Shown here piece after piece: positions 1-14,000 of a stretch of DNA of 64,000 bases. The stretch is taken from contig OZ176052.1 of the NCBI GenBank assembly GCA_964247055.1, forward strand, positions 9,610,001 through 9,674,000. The letters run 5' to 3'. The translations under genes and the position numbers were made by a program. The notes under the pieces are model-generated. The model searched no databases. It was not told the DNA's origin and worked only from the letters and a program-made list of their open reading frames with translations. This DNA comes from Paragordius varius. Lineage: Eukaryota > Animalia > Nematomorpha. Every line of letters starts with the position of its first letter. The first letter of the stretch is position 1.

Positions 1-236
1 TGATTTCGTTTCCGAAAATTAAAAATATAATTTCTATTTAACGTTGTTAAATAAAAAATTTTCGGAATGGTTTATTCTACTAATAATATATTTATCAAAA
101 CATATATTTCTATATAAATCTTTAAATGGAACTAAATGTTAAATAAAATTATTGTAAAGGTTGGGTTAATTTTAAATACTAAGTTAATTAAGTATTAACG
201 GTTAAAATTATTTATAAGAAATATTGAGCTTTATTA

Positions 237-406
237 CAGTATGAGTGAGTATACATAGCTAGAAAGTTATTAATTATTGGCAAAGAGCATATACAACAAA
301 GGGTAGTATTATTGGCTTATAGTTATTTTTTCACTTTTTACTATTAATTGCCAATAATAATTCTCTTTGCTGCATATGGTATTCGGCAATATACTTACTC
401 ACACTG
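237..406. mobile_element. Tc1/mariner-type MITE (170 bp)
   Basis: Imperfect TIRs CAGTATGAGTGAGTATA (from 237) and TATACTTACTCACACTG (to 406), flanked by TA on both sides; internal TTATTGGC/GCCAATAA repeats. Confidence 0.7.
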
Positions 407-1419
407 TATTTACAAGTCTTTATAATGGTGAAAATTTAATAAAAAAATGAAAATTATTGGCAGGCTATTTTTTATCATCTTACCAAATTAAAACTATGAC
501 CAAATTACTGTTCTTTAAATCAAAAGAAATTTTGAAAATAGCTACCTAACAAAAACATATTTTTAATATTTATATGCGATAATAACTTTAAAAAGTAAAA
601 ATATGCTTGCATCACTATAAACATACAGGTGACATTAAACAGAAAGTCTCATTATATTATAAAGAAAAAACATTAAATTCTTTTTTGATAAAGGATAATT
701 GTTTAAAGTTTGTTTAATGCTTGTTTGACGTTTCTTATAAAAAATAAAAGGATCAATAGATTTGCTGTTAATAACTTTAGTTTCAAATAAAAAATTGAAG
801 CAATCAGCGTAACTTTGATAAGTATCAAAGATTTTTATAATTATTGTTGGACCAGGTGTTTTGAAAAGATGCCCTTTCGCTAGGATGATTAAAATGTCCA
901 AAAATATTTTTAAGGCAATTTTTGGGTAAACGTACCGTCATTCAAATTCGATATGTATTATTCTTATAAAGGCACATATTAAAGCAGTTTCTAAGTTAAA
1001 AGTGTAGATTAAGAAGGAATGCTATGTCTAGTACCCTTGTAGGTGCACTCTATCGATTTATAAATACGCCTCCTGTAAAACCACGTGACTATTGGGTATT
1101 TTGGCGGATAACCATAATAATTCAGTTATATTGCCTTTAGATAAATGCTTAGAGTAATAAATATTATTTTGAAAACCGCTGTATTTGGTTCGACCCCTGT
1201 CAATTTAAGTTTTTAAAATAATTTATACCCCAATATGTTCAAATCAATTTGGAAAATGGCCTTTAATGTATACCTATGTTTAGCAACATTGCCTTTTAAA
1301 TGCGCCAATCATTGTTGAGCTGCTTATTAAAATTGTTCCCGTGTTACAGCCCCACATTTGGTAAAATACGCCGAATATTTCCGAACTTTGCACAATAAAA
1401 CATTAATTTAGAATAATAT

Positions 1420-1800
1420 AATGTGACCAGATAGGCTGTTTTTCGCAGTATAGTACTGCGTTTTTGGAAAAAAACTGCGCCTGTACTGCCCTGACTTTTG
1501 TACTGCTTTTAAAAATTTTTTGTAATATTAATTACCTTATATAAAAAATTAATGTAAAATTTTATAGAGTATCCGCTGTTAAAATAATAATTTGTAAAAA
1601 AAGGTTCATTCGGTAAATACTAATATTAATCTATTTTAATTGGTTAATATTTTATTTTCTGATTGAGTACATGGAATCGGGTTTCGGACCGGTAAAATCG
1701 CTTATGAAGGCAATCGCCCAGGGAACTATAATTCTTTCGACCGTAAGATTTAGGCTAAAGGCCCTTTAACTCAGGGCTTTCGCAAAAGCGGCCTCAAAAT
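1420..1800 (+). repeat. Dispersed repeat (~380 bp), non-autonomous TE-like; second copy at ~43395-43808
   Basis: Shares AATGTGAC(C/T)AGATAGGCTGTTTTT..GCAGTA..GTACT and a GGCTAA..GGC..CAGGGC..CGCAAAA end with the 43.4-43.8 kb copy. Confidence 0.6.
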
Positions 1801-2319
1801 ATAAAATAAACACAAAATGAATTTATGATGTTTTAGTAATTAAAAGTTCAATGTTTGTTTCATTTGTTTCAGTTAATTTAATGCATATGTTGGATATTTT
1901 TAATTGTTTCTAATAAGTTAATAAATAGTAAAGAACTATATCATCAGATAAACCGCAGCACTGGTGTAAAAATAGGCAATGTATGATTTAATTTTGCACT
2001 GCGCCAGGATTCAAAATGTATGGTCATTAGAATAATATATTAAATAATATATTTTTCAAATGCATTTTACACATTCAACTTGGCCAAGTTAGTTTACATT
2101 ACACGTATAATTTTATTGATATTTATTGTTACTCTTCTCATCACTGTTAAATCATGTTATGTCGTGTAGGTTTATTATGAAAATAAATCTTGGTATATAA
2201 TAATATTTTCTTCCTACTTATATTATATAGTTTTGGTAGACTAATCAAATCTCTGATCTTCCAAGCATGCTTTACGCCTAGAGTTAGTACTTAATGAAGG
2301 AGGGTTAAAGATATAATAA

Positions 2320-2660
2320 TGCGTTCGAAAATGTGATTGAGAAAGTTGGCTTCATATCAATTGGAAAGATAAGATTTAAACACTGAAATTCTTGATAAAA
2401 TCACACCTGACATATCCCTATTCGGCTTATGATTTAAATGAAGCTCCCTTACTTCAGCCATTTCATTAGATCCAAAATCTTTGTGTATCAGCTCATGTCG
2501 GGAAAAGTTAACGGTAAACGCGGTAGGTGCGAAACGCATTGGATTGATAATTTGACTAAAATAATCAAGCTAACAATGCAACAGTTAACATCCATCACCT
2601 TCAACCGTACAAGCTGGCCAAATTCCACTTACGAAATAGCGACAAATCGAATTTTATAAA
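2320..2660 (+). mobile_element. RTE/BovB-like LINE 3' end remnant
   Basis: Translation LHINWKDKI..TEILDK...KLPYFSHFIRS...LMSGKVNGKRGR..THWIDNL...FNRTSW matches the RTE C-terminal pattern (ISW.D...N.EVL, YFGH..R, GK..GKR.RGR...W.D, DR..W); contains stops. Confidence 0.72.
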
Positions 2661-3000
2661 AGTTATAATACCCAAAACATTTTCCCTAAGATATCAATTA
2701 GTTACCATTTCTTATTATAGAAAATACGCACAAGATGACTTCAATAATTTCATATATTGATATACGCTTTTGAGACTTGGCCTAAATTTAGTATCTTATA
2801 TTTATCAAACCAAAAAGCTAACTTTTATCCTTCTGTAATTATTGCAAATGTGCGAAATAATTGTGTATTAATTTATTTTTATACATGTATATTCAGATAT
2901 AAATTAATAAGGAAGAATATGTATATAAAAAATTAAATCCACAATAAAAATGATATAAAATAGTATATTTTGGACAATTATAGGGGGGGGGGGGGGGGTG

Positions 3001-6000
3001 TTAAGAAGTTGATTCTTTATTCAAACTTTCCAAGGATTGGTAGGGAGGGGTAATCGATGAAGGGGACAGTCTCTTTATATCACGTTCATGAAGTTTGTTT
3101 TCAAAATATTCGCGGTTTTCCTCCAAATTTTGTAACATTATCTGACAATCTGGATAAACTAACTCGGCCCAAGTTTCCCACAAAGGTTGAACAATATAAT
3201 CCATAAAACCAATCTACACAAACAATTTAAATTAAAGCATATCTATATAGCAAATATAAAAATTTAATCAGTGGTGTTCAACCCTAGCATGCTTGCAATA
3301 TTTGGATTAGACACCACTGAACTAAAGAGCGTATTTATTGTTATATGAGATGCCTTTACAAGGATGAAAAATGAATTATAGGAAGATTTGAGCTATCTTT
3401 ATTTACGCTTAAAAAAGAAAGATTATAAAATTAAGTTACCGATCTTCGAAAAAAGTATAATTTTGAAAATCGATTGTAATGATAAAAACCTGAGTTTTTT
3501 CTATAGATATTTTATCTCTATCACACATGACACTTATTTGTAGTCCACATTGTTTTTCACGTTCGCCTTGTATGAAATATTCTTGCATAATCAAATCCGT
3601 CCATTTTAAATACAAGTTTAGAGGTTTAGTCGGATTGCTTAAATCTCCGCAATGTATCATTGATTGTAAAACCTGTATTCGACAAATTTTTATGTTTTAA
3701 TTTTAACAGCTATTAATTTTATATTTGAAAATAAACACCTGAATATATTTTATAAATATCATGAATATAAAACCCCAACATAGAGTTAATGAAAAAACGT
3801 TTTTTTAATATTCAACGCATGATTATAAGGGAAGAATCTTTATTTATATGAAATAATACTTTGTGTTTTTCTGCTGGTTCCAGCGAATTATCAGTTCCTG
3901 AAACTTTTTTTGTTTCCACCATAGTTTTCAAATCGGCCAACAATTTCATATGTTTGGACATATCAGTAGCAAGCACCTTAAAATCCAATTAATAAAATTA
4001 AAAGTATAAAAAATACGAAATCCTAATTTAAAAATAAGATTTTTAGGCATTAAGCGTTCATAAGTATTTTGTGAAGAACGAACAAACTAGTGGCAAAGGC
4101 AGAATATAAACGGTCAATATTTTACCAATTTAATTTTTAAATTTTAACCAATCAATAAAGACATGTTTTAATCAGTTAACCATAATTAGATGACATATAA
4201 ATGAACATAAATATTTTCTTTATAAATTGAAGAAAGTCCAATGCAATGATTTTATATTTTAAAAAAATCATACCAAATCTATTATGAGACGTCGCATGGC
4301 AAGACGTTTTTTGCTTGGAACGTTGACAAAAATATTACATTTTGGCTCTTGAAGGATCTTAAATGCAATGGCTAAATGATGATTTTCCAATACGGATTCA
4401 TCATTATACATAATGGCTAAATCTGAGCCTATATTTTATATATGTAAGCGAATAAATAATCGAAAATTGTTTAGATTTGAAAAAAATTTTTTTAAAAAAA
4501 TATTTAAAAAGTTTTAAACTTATATTTTACATGAATTAATGAGGAATTGGTTTGTGAAACCGGGATGATCAACGTCATGTATTGCACTGGCTATTATAAT
4601 TGATATTTGTTCCATCTCATTAAAAACGCCCTAAACATATAATATTATGAAAAAATTCTAATAACCCCTCAAAAAATATGAAATTTAGGTTTTTTGTTTC
4701 GGAAATACCAAATTTTTCATTTCAAATTTAATTGCAAAAAAATCTAATTTTTTTGCCCTTAAACACAAGTTAAAATATCAATAAAATATAGGCATGAAAA
4801 TTGGGTTCTTTTAATTTAAAAAGGCAAAAAGATTACTCCCCTGTAAAGTCTGATAACATTAAGGTTAAAATGCATTTTTGTTATATTTAAATTGACAAAC
4901 TTTTCTATGAGATTTATAAATTTATAAATATATGATAAATTCCGACATTTAGCACAAAACAAAAAATCCGTATATCAATTTTTTCCAATGAAAACGTAAA
5001 AAAATTATACTAAATTAATTAATTATATTTACTTGAAATATGGGACTAGATAAGAGTATATGAGCAGATTGCATAACATCCGTCGCATGAATCCTATTAT
5101 GATATGGGACATTCAAGTAATGGTCTTCGATGCACATGAGAAAATTAAGTAGATTACATACTGGAATATTAAATGCTTCAATAAGTTTTCTTTCCTTTAA
5201 TAATAGGTAAAAGAAAAATGATACAAATATTTTTAGTCGCGAGATATATTCGCTAACAAGCGTATGAAATAAAAAAATTACCTTTAAAATAGTGTACGTT
5301 AGAGAAGTTAGGGGTCTACCCTGAGCTAAAACATTGAGTTTAAATGTATCAAGACCCCATTTGTTCATGTCGTTTGACAAAAGCTAAATCGGAAATAAAA
5401 ATATTTTAATTATATATGTATACGTATTAAAAACAAAATTAATAGTGTTTTAATTTTAAATTTTAAATTTATGTTTTTAGGAGTAAGATTATCATTAGTA
5501 TATATTTATATATATTAATTACCAAGTTTACAATTTTAATCGCCCTAAGAATTTAAAAGTAAATAATTATGCTCTTTTAAACTTGAAGTCACATAAACTG
5601 TTACGCAACATATTTGGTAACAGTTCTTTGTTGTAACCTGCCTCATATGAATTATAATTATAAAACCATAACTATTTTTTTTACCAAGAGTTTTTATTTT
5701 TAAAAATCATAATTACAGGAAAAAATAAAATTATATAGACAAAACGTAAAATAAGGACAATTTTATGTATAATACAATATTGATTACATGATTTTTTACA
5801 TATAGACTATCGTTTTGGATCGCAGAATAAGAAATAAAGATGTAAATTAATAAAACTCTCAATCATACATTTCACAGTTTAATAGTATAGTTTATGCAAA
5901 AAACATGGTTCAAAAAAGTATGGTTGTCTTTTTTAAAAAAAATATTTGTCTTTATATTTTTACATTTTGTCTGTATATTTTCAGTTTTACTGTAAAAAAA

Positions 6001-9000
6001 TGGAATGATATATGAATCAAATGTTTTAAATAAAGCATTTTATTTTCAAAAAAAGGCTATTTAATTCAAATTAGCAAAACTTGTGAAAGGGCGGTATCAT
6101 CGTCGACATAAACCCCATACTTTGGAATTCCATGAGCAAATGTGTGGATTTGAACGGAAATGGGATTAAAACCGATACTAGATGCTATCACATTGAAGGA
6201 TTTGGAAAATAGGCTTTGAGTATCTTGAGGAACAGTATTAACAAACTTTTGTTTAACATCCACTGTATTATTATCTTGTGATTTATTTTTATGAATGGTT
6301 TTATTGGCCAATTTACTATTATTAGTGGTAGAGGTCATATTTAGATCTGTACGAGAATTATTGGGTGATTGGTTTGTGGGAAGAGACCAATGTACTTCTC
6401 TCAATCCTTGTTGATGTTGTTGCGCAAATTTGGATGGACTTTTTGGTGATTTACTATTTATTAAAGTTAAAATATAGTAAATATTCAAATTATACGGACA
6501 AAAAGTAAAAATATAAAGTAAATATTTTTTTAAAGGAAAACCATATTTTTTTAAATCCTGATTTTTTCGAATATAATAGAAATGAAAATTGGTAACACAA
6601 TCAATTAGAGCACAAATTGAATTTATACGGACAAAAAGTAAAAATATAAAGATATAAATTTTTTTTAAAAAAACCATATTTTTTAAATCTTATTTTTTCA
6701 AATATAATAGAAATGAAAATTGGTAACACAATCAATTATGTATTTTATGATTGTATTAAAATAATTTATATAGCAAAAAGGTTTCAAAAGCGTTTTTTGA
6801 AAATATTTGTCTGTATATTTTTAGGTTTTGTCCGTATAATTTCAATTTTTACTGTAACATATATATGCAATCATAGATAACAAACAGTTTTTTTTGCATT
6901 CTATAAAAATATTCATAGATATGTGAGATCGTTACATTAAGCACCATGCGACAATTAGATTAAAAAGTTTAAGTGGGTTTAAGTTAAATTAGGAGCCCTT
7001 ATATTAACCATAACAAAATAACATAATATAAACAGAAACATGACCGGTTTTGATACGATATTGAGGACAAATCAATTTTTTAAATATTTAAAGAAAGTGA
7101 ACAAATAAATAAAAACATATAATTTGATGAATGGCCACATGTAAAGCCCCATTTTCGCCACTGATCAACATACAGCTGATAAGAAAATTAAATCTGAACC
7201 TATTTTTATATTTGAATTTAGGTTAAATTGATAATTATTAATCATAAAATTAAAAAAATTTATATCAAGCGTTGTTTTTTAATTTGTAACAATCTAGTAT
7301 TCGGGTACTTGTACTGCGTTTTTAAGTCATTTTTAAGGCAAAGTTTCGATCGCAGGACCAAATATTTTTATTTGCCTTATAACTATATTTGATTTAACAA
7401 TATCATAATGTTAGTGATTCCATTTTTAGGTTTAAAAAAATAAATTTACTCTGCAAAACATTAATTTAGATAAAGTCTAAGTATTAATTCAAATTTTTCC
7501 CATGTTAGTTCTCTAAGTTGAATAAAAATAATATATTAATGAAAGGGTTCCTAAAAAATTTAGGGCATGAAAATATCTGCCGTCAGATAATAATAAAATA
7601 CAATCCTATATATTTGCATAGGCTAGAAAAAAATCTAATAACTTTGACATTAAGGTTTTTAATAAATTATTTATTGCATATGCGTTGTTTTCACGACTGA
7701 TAACAAAATTATGAGTTAAAAAGTTAGAAATTTTCTATGCTCACAAGTTCCACATTGTAAAATTAAAATATCGCAAATATAAATGTATATCATTTCAATT
7801 TATAAAAATATTTTTTAAAAAAAATTGTTTAAATCACATAAACAAAAGAACATAAAAACTATTTGGTGAAGCCTGATATAAATCTACCGCCTTGTAACTG
7901 GCTCATGGATTAAATAATAAAAAAAACTGCACAGGTTTAATATGAATCCTTTCAAATATACCCTAATGTAAAAATCTTTATATTTTGTGATGAGGGTTGA
8001 AAAGTTAATAATATCGGCTAATATTCAATCTAAAATATTATACCATTTCGATACAAAAACCTAATATCAATATATTCGAGGAAATCATGTTAAAACCCAG
8101 GTAATGCCATGAATATTAACAAAGGGTTTTACATATCATTAAGTTTACCCATAAATTTAATTTTCCGTTTAATTATCAATATCATTTTTGGTTAATTTTC
8201 AGTGAATTTAACAATTGTTAATATTGAAACATTATCATCTCCATTAATCACATTATAAAAGCTACTTAGTAAATCCCGTTGAAATTTATTTAATAAAATT
8301 ACCTTTTTGACATGGCTGACAATATGTTTTTTGATGCGTCTCCCATTAAACTAAGGGTGTTAGATATGGAGGCTCTGGCATATGGAAAGTGTTTGGAACG
8401 AGAAGTTGTACTACCACCACTGGGTGAGCTAAGGGATTGTTTTGTGTTTTGCAATGATAATTGATCCATCGATTTACGCAACGGTAAGTTTACTCTATTT
8501 TCCGCTGCTAAGGTGATGGTGGCATTTTTGAAAACAGTATCGTCCAATTTTTCATTGCTAACTCCAATCCCCTTTTTACCATGAGGTGGAGATGCTAAAT
8601 GAATAGCTTCTATGGTATGAGGAGCCCTATTGATTTGGTTGCTTGAATCATGGATTTCGGAATCATCTTCGTGTTCTTTTTCTATTACAATGCAAATTAT
8701 ACAGACAAAAGTAAAAAGTAAAGATAAATATCTTTTTCATTCAAAAAACATATACGTTTAAACCTTTTTCTACATTAAGTATTTCAGTCCAAATTTGAAG
8801 CATATTAATTGAGTATGTTACTACTTTAAGTTTCTATTCCTTAATTTTCAATATCCAAAACGATAAAATATAATCAAAAAATCAAGTTTTATAACTTTTG
8901 AAAGAAATAATTGTATTATGTTTTTACAATCTGTCTGTCTTAATATAAATATTTAAATAATTTTTAGTTAAAAAATATCGATAAATGAGCATAAACGATT

Positions 9001-10098
9001 ACATATACATATATTTTAACATAAAAAAACCAAGAAAATTGGACGTAATGTATTCCGTTATTTGAGAGCCTTCTGTGTCATTTTTGGAAAGATGGGATAG
9101 TTCTTCATTCAACATTTTTTTGAACTAATATTAATCAAAACATGCATTTATATCAATTCTTTTTTATAAAATAAAAATTAGAAACAGATAAAAATAGCTT
9201 AGAATGTATAGAGTCAATCTACAATGCTAGTTAGTATAGTAACAATATTTAACAAAACACTCTGCTTAGGATATAATGAAATGCAATCAATCTCCTTAGG
9301 GATTAATTGATACATCTCGTGTTATCGCAGTAACAGAAAAAAGGGGAAAATAAAATATTTAGTGACATAAAATGACATATAAATTGTTGTGTGTAAAAAA
9401 ATGTGTTTTATCAAAATAATGTTCGTTACCAAATACACTGTTATTTGTAAAAGATATTGGCTAAAATATGTGGGAAAAACCTTGTTGGAAGCCATGTCAC
9501 TCACGGATCGATATGGTTGAAGCGTTTCTAACTGATTTAGACACCAATCTAGCTCAGTTAATGTTTCGTTAGCCAAATGCATATGTTGCGTATTATTATT
9601 ATTATAAGTGTTGGTATGATTAGAATCTTTATTGCAACAAAATATGTTATATGTAAAATATAAAATATGCTAAGAATTAAATATATTCATATTTTATAGA
9701 ACGAATACCTTGTTGACTAGATTGAGCATCCGTAGTAGTAGTGTGTTGATCTCTAGAATGGTGAAAAAGGATAATCAAATGAACTCATAATAATTTTGGA
9801 TTTTTTAAAAAAGAATAATTGGTACTAATATAATATTAATAAGATTCATCGCCTATATATATATCTTGTTGAAATAATGTATATGCTATGTAAGATTGTT
9901 CAAAATTCAGAATGAAACTTATAAATACGCTATTTAATTAAAAAGTTTAGCACAAACTTTTCATTTGAAACGCCTTTTCCCATGAGTGCAACGAAATTAC
10001 TGCGTATATTTTGAAGGGTTGCAAGAATTTGAGCAAAGGGAGTCACAATAATATCTTCACCGTGCCTAATTGTTTTTAAAATGTTTTAGCTTAATTTC

Positions 10099-10156
<58 letters not shown>

Positions 10157-11091
10157 TAAATAAATTGCATTTAGTAAAACTAACAGTGAAACAGTAACAC
10201 AAGAGGAAAATTTTAAGAACAGGTTGGAAAGGGGCAAAAACCTATCTTTCTAGCTTTTTGTACATGTCATAAATGCAGGGGTGTAGTAAGAAGATTATGA
10301 TATTTTTATAATAAATAATTCAAATTAATACATAAGCAATATAAAAATTAATAATAAAGTTGGAGAGGGTCATTCAAAAGTATCCTATATAAGGCCTAAT
10401 GCGGCAGAATAGATAAAACCGATATTTACTCAATATTTTCGTCCGTGTCAGTAAGTAAAGATTTTCTTCGGTACGAAGTATGTAATTTATTTTCTCGCTG
10501 TTCCGTTTCATTAAATTGATCAACAACTCTATCGCCACTATCGCCCTCAAGAGTCGAAGAATGTATACTTTCTTCCCTTATGGGAGTCACTAAAGATGTT
10601 GAGTAATTCATTTTATCACTCAGTGCCGGTGTTGGTTCAATTTGTATCGTGTTGGCATGGTGGTAAATTCCTGTAGTTGTAGTATGATGGGGAAGACCAC
10701 CACGTGGTTTATTACGATACATCTTTTTATCCCTTTCGCCATCTTTACTTTTAATACTACTTTGATTAATGTGATGTTGGCGTTTGTTGAGGGAATTGTT
10801 TCGATGTAATTCCCGGTACAAAGGGGACGATGAAAAATTATTGGCTAAAGCTTTGTTAATCATTGAATAATTTCCATCCTTACCGGATGATGATGTAATG
10901 TTTCCCCCAGTTGCACCAACTGTATGTTGCATAGGTATAGCTAGTGAACTTATCCGATCTCTATGGATAAAGGAAGTTTTGTATTTTCTATCACTAGTTC
11001 CGGATGCGGTGGAGAGCATGGAAACCGTATCAGAATCCATGCCCTTATTAGTTTTGCTGTTGTTGTCGGTATTAATGATATCTTCATCCAT
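3001..11091 (-). CDS. PDE4: PDE4 alternative isoform (~945 aa) starting in a unique first coding exon 10430-11091
   Basis: ATG at 11091 with an in-frame TGA just upstream; 662-nt open exon ending GA|GTAAAT in phase 2, compatible with the phase-2 acceptor of exon 9958-10065. Confidence 0.75.
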
Positions 11092-14000
11092 TGAATATCA
11101 AATATTACTATTTCGGTATAAACAGGTCAGCGATCCATAGTAAATATATTTGTGATTGATGTTAAAGCTTATTTAATGGTTTAATAAGAGATTAGGATAA
11201 TACAAATATATTTGAAGTAGGATAATTAATATAATATATTCTCTCCAATAATATGTACAGTTAAATTTCAATTAGTAAATTAATTAAATTTTGACATTAT
11301 CGAAACACAACATAATCATTTTTTGTTGAACAAATGATAATACATAATTTTATAACAACACATGAGAAAGGCACATATATTTATTTTTGTATTTGTGTGT
11401 GACAAAAAATATTTTTTCTATTTTGAAAATAATAGATAAGCTTTTCCAATGCTAACACCGCCGTAGTAATGTTTATAATGATGGTTTTTGAGATTTTTCA
11501 ATGATTTTGTATAAATATATACACATTATTTTTGTAAAACGAAAAACATTGTATTATATAATATATATTATAAAAAATACAACATCACATCTCTTATTGA
11601 TAACTGACTGGGGAAGGAAGAAATCAATAATTGTGAAAAAAAACGAAAATATTATATTAATATGAAATTAAAAAAATTACACAAATTTTGAAATTTTATT
11701 TATAGAACAAATAATATGAATAAATGTTTAAATAGTAGGTATAGGTAGGTAAGTAAATAATAAAAAAGAGTGCTTAAAGGGGAATAAAAAATAGATATAT
11801 ATGGCATGGTAATGCAAAACAATAGTTAAAAATGTCTCCAAAACAAACATGTAAAAAAAACTGTGCGTAAACTTTGTGTTTTATCAACAGGTTGTAGATA
11901 CACATTGTTTGTAAATACAAGCGAATAATTACGCTTCAATACTTATTAATAAGAAATTTTTAATCTTAATTGTCAAAAGTACTTAGTTAAAGCATAATAT
12001 TTATTAGGTTGTATCGGATAATTATTCCCTATACTTATCATATGTAAATTTTTGTTATTAATAAATTTTTTAGATATATATTAGGTGTGTTTATAAGTTT
12101 AAACTATTTTGTTATAAACGTCATTTTAGAGCAATTGTTATTTATTTTCAAAATATTATTCATTGGCTTCTTCACCCGCCCATTTATCAGGTAATAGAAA
12201 AATTTCATCCATGAAAAATTTATTGTGGTATGCGGCAAATCATTCTTCCAAATTATTGCAACGCTGTACTATGCGATTCCCATTGATGCAAAGAGTAGTA
12301 GTACGGAAGAATTTCTCATCGAAGCAATTTTAGGGTGTCTTTCGAGGAGCAAAAAAATTATTTTGTATATTGTGCGCTAATTTTGAGATTTTTCGATACG
12401 AAGCAATTACCTCATAGGTGCAATAAATGACTCGAAAACGCAAAAGCAAACGCCAAGAAAATTCTGATACATTTTTATTAGAAAATATATATTTCCTCAG
12501 GATATATTTATCCGTGAAGTGGTATATAAATATCAATAAAAATTCAGAGATTAATTAACAATTTTTTGTATAGTATGCCTAATAAACCTCAAAATAACTA
12601 AGAATATATGGTATTGAGAGCGGTTTATATAGGATTTGTATATGTTTAATATATAGTTTGAAGAAAAAAGGATCATGAGGCAAAAATATATTATTATTAA
12701 ATCTAATTTTTTTATATCGTTTTTTTAAACTTAATGATTTTTTCCTTTTTTTTGACCGCGGTATTAGCGCGCATTTCTATATCCCAGAGCTAAATCTTGT
12801 AAATACACTACTGGTTTGAAAGCAGTTATAAATTATTATCGAACAATGTTTTCCAGTTAGATAAAAAAGCTTATATTTTATACAGTCTTGCTACTAGACT
12901 CTAAAAAAGGTTAGCTTCAAAATACGATTGAACTAAACAGCTGATTTTAATCAATGAATGTCAAGTTTTGCTGGTAAAATGCAAACTGAAAGCTAACTAA
13001 ATAATTAACATTTTCAAACCAATACCCTTATTGTATTAGCGATTATTAAAAATAAAAGAAAAAAATGGCGGCGAAAAAGTTTCTTTATAATATTATATTT
13101 TCTAAAAATATTGAATTATGCGCCTAAAAGACTAAAAAAAGTTTTTTAAATTGAACCTCCTTAAACACTTTTTAAGATATTTAACTTTTAAATCGCTCTA
13201 GGATACAAAACTACTCCAAAAGGCATAAAGCGTTAAAATGAAGCCATGTTAAATTGAAAACGTAAATTAAATGTTTATATTTCAAAAATATTTTAACGCA
13301 TATAAAATAATAGGTATGTATATAAATAGTTGGTATCACTTAATAATATAATAATTAGTATGAACTTAATCCACATGTATTTCCATGTATAATTCCTCCT
13401 TTTTTCAACTTACTAGATAATTCCTTAACTATTTGGCGATGGCAAAAGTTTTCCCCCTCTTTCCAATTTTTAAGTCTTTTCCAAAGATGCTGTTATATTT
13501 AAATTCTGTGACCTCTTATTTTGTTAACATTTCTAGATTGATGCTGTCCTTATTTATAATTTTTTTAAATGTTTCATTTTACCCTTATCTGACCCTTTTA
13601 TATATATATATATATATATATTCCTCTAACATCATATTTTAAACGCAGCAATAATGTTTTTTCTTTGATATCAATGCCCAATTTCGAAAGTACATTTGCT
13701 ACAGGCATTTCACTTAGTTTTTCTGATGGTAATATTCTTTTTTCCTCCAACTTTTCGGTTTATTGCTGTTTTAACCATAACAATGGTCTGTTTTACGTCT
13801 GATGTGTGGCGCCCTTTATGTCAATTTGGAAGTTTAAAAAAGTGTTCACCGCTATTTTACTTGTCCTGTGTAATGCATTTTTTAAGATAGATATTTTCAT
13901 GAATTTCTCTTTTAGTAGCGTTATTTTAATTTTCTAATTTTATAAGGGAGACGAGCCTAGTATAATCTCAAATAAAACTTTTGATCCTTCTTTTACCTAT

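Noticed and set aside
635-901. ORF with a KTPGP motif resembling the LINE RT N-terminal region
   Set aside because: Only a short motif; no RT core found in the flanks.
7120-7225. Short similarity to the acceptor region of PDE4 exon 4274-4428, suggesting a duplicated exon
   Set aside because: Only ~25 bp of AT-rich match; no phase-compatible open exon.
10898-11140. Plus-strand ORFs overlapping real exons (also 39346-39564, 53953-54138, 55864-56329, 58561-58770)
   Set aside because: Antisense shadows of minus-strand coding exons.
12170-12540. GC-richer patch considered as the missing UCR1 exon
   Set aside because: The true UCR1 exon was found at 9958-10065; no convincing protein match here.
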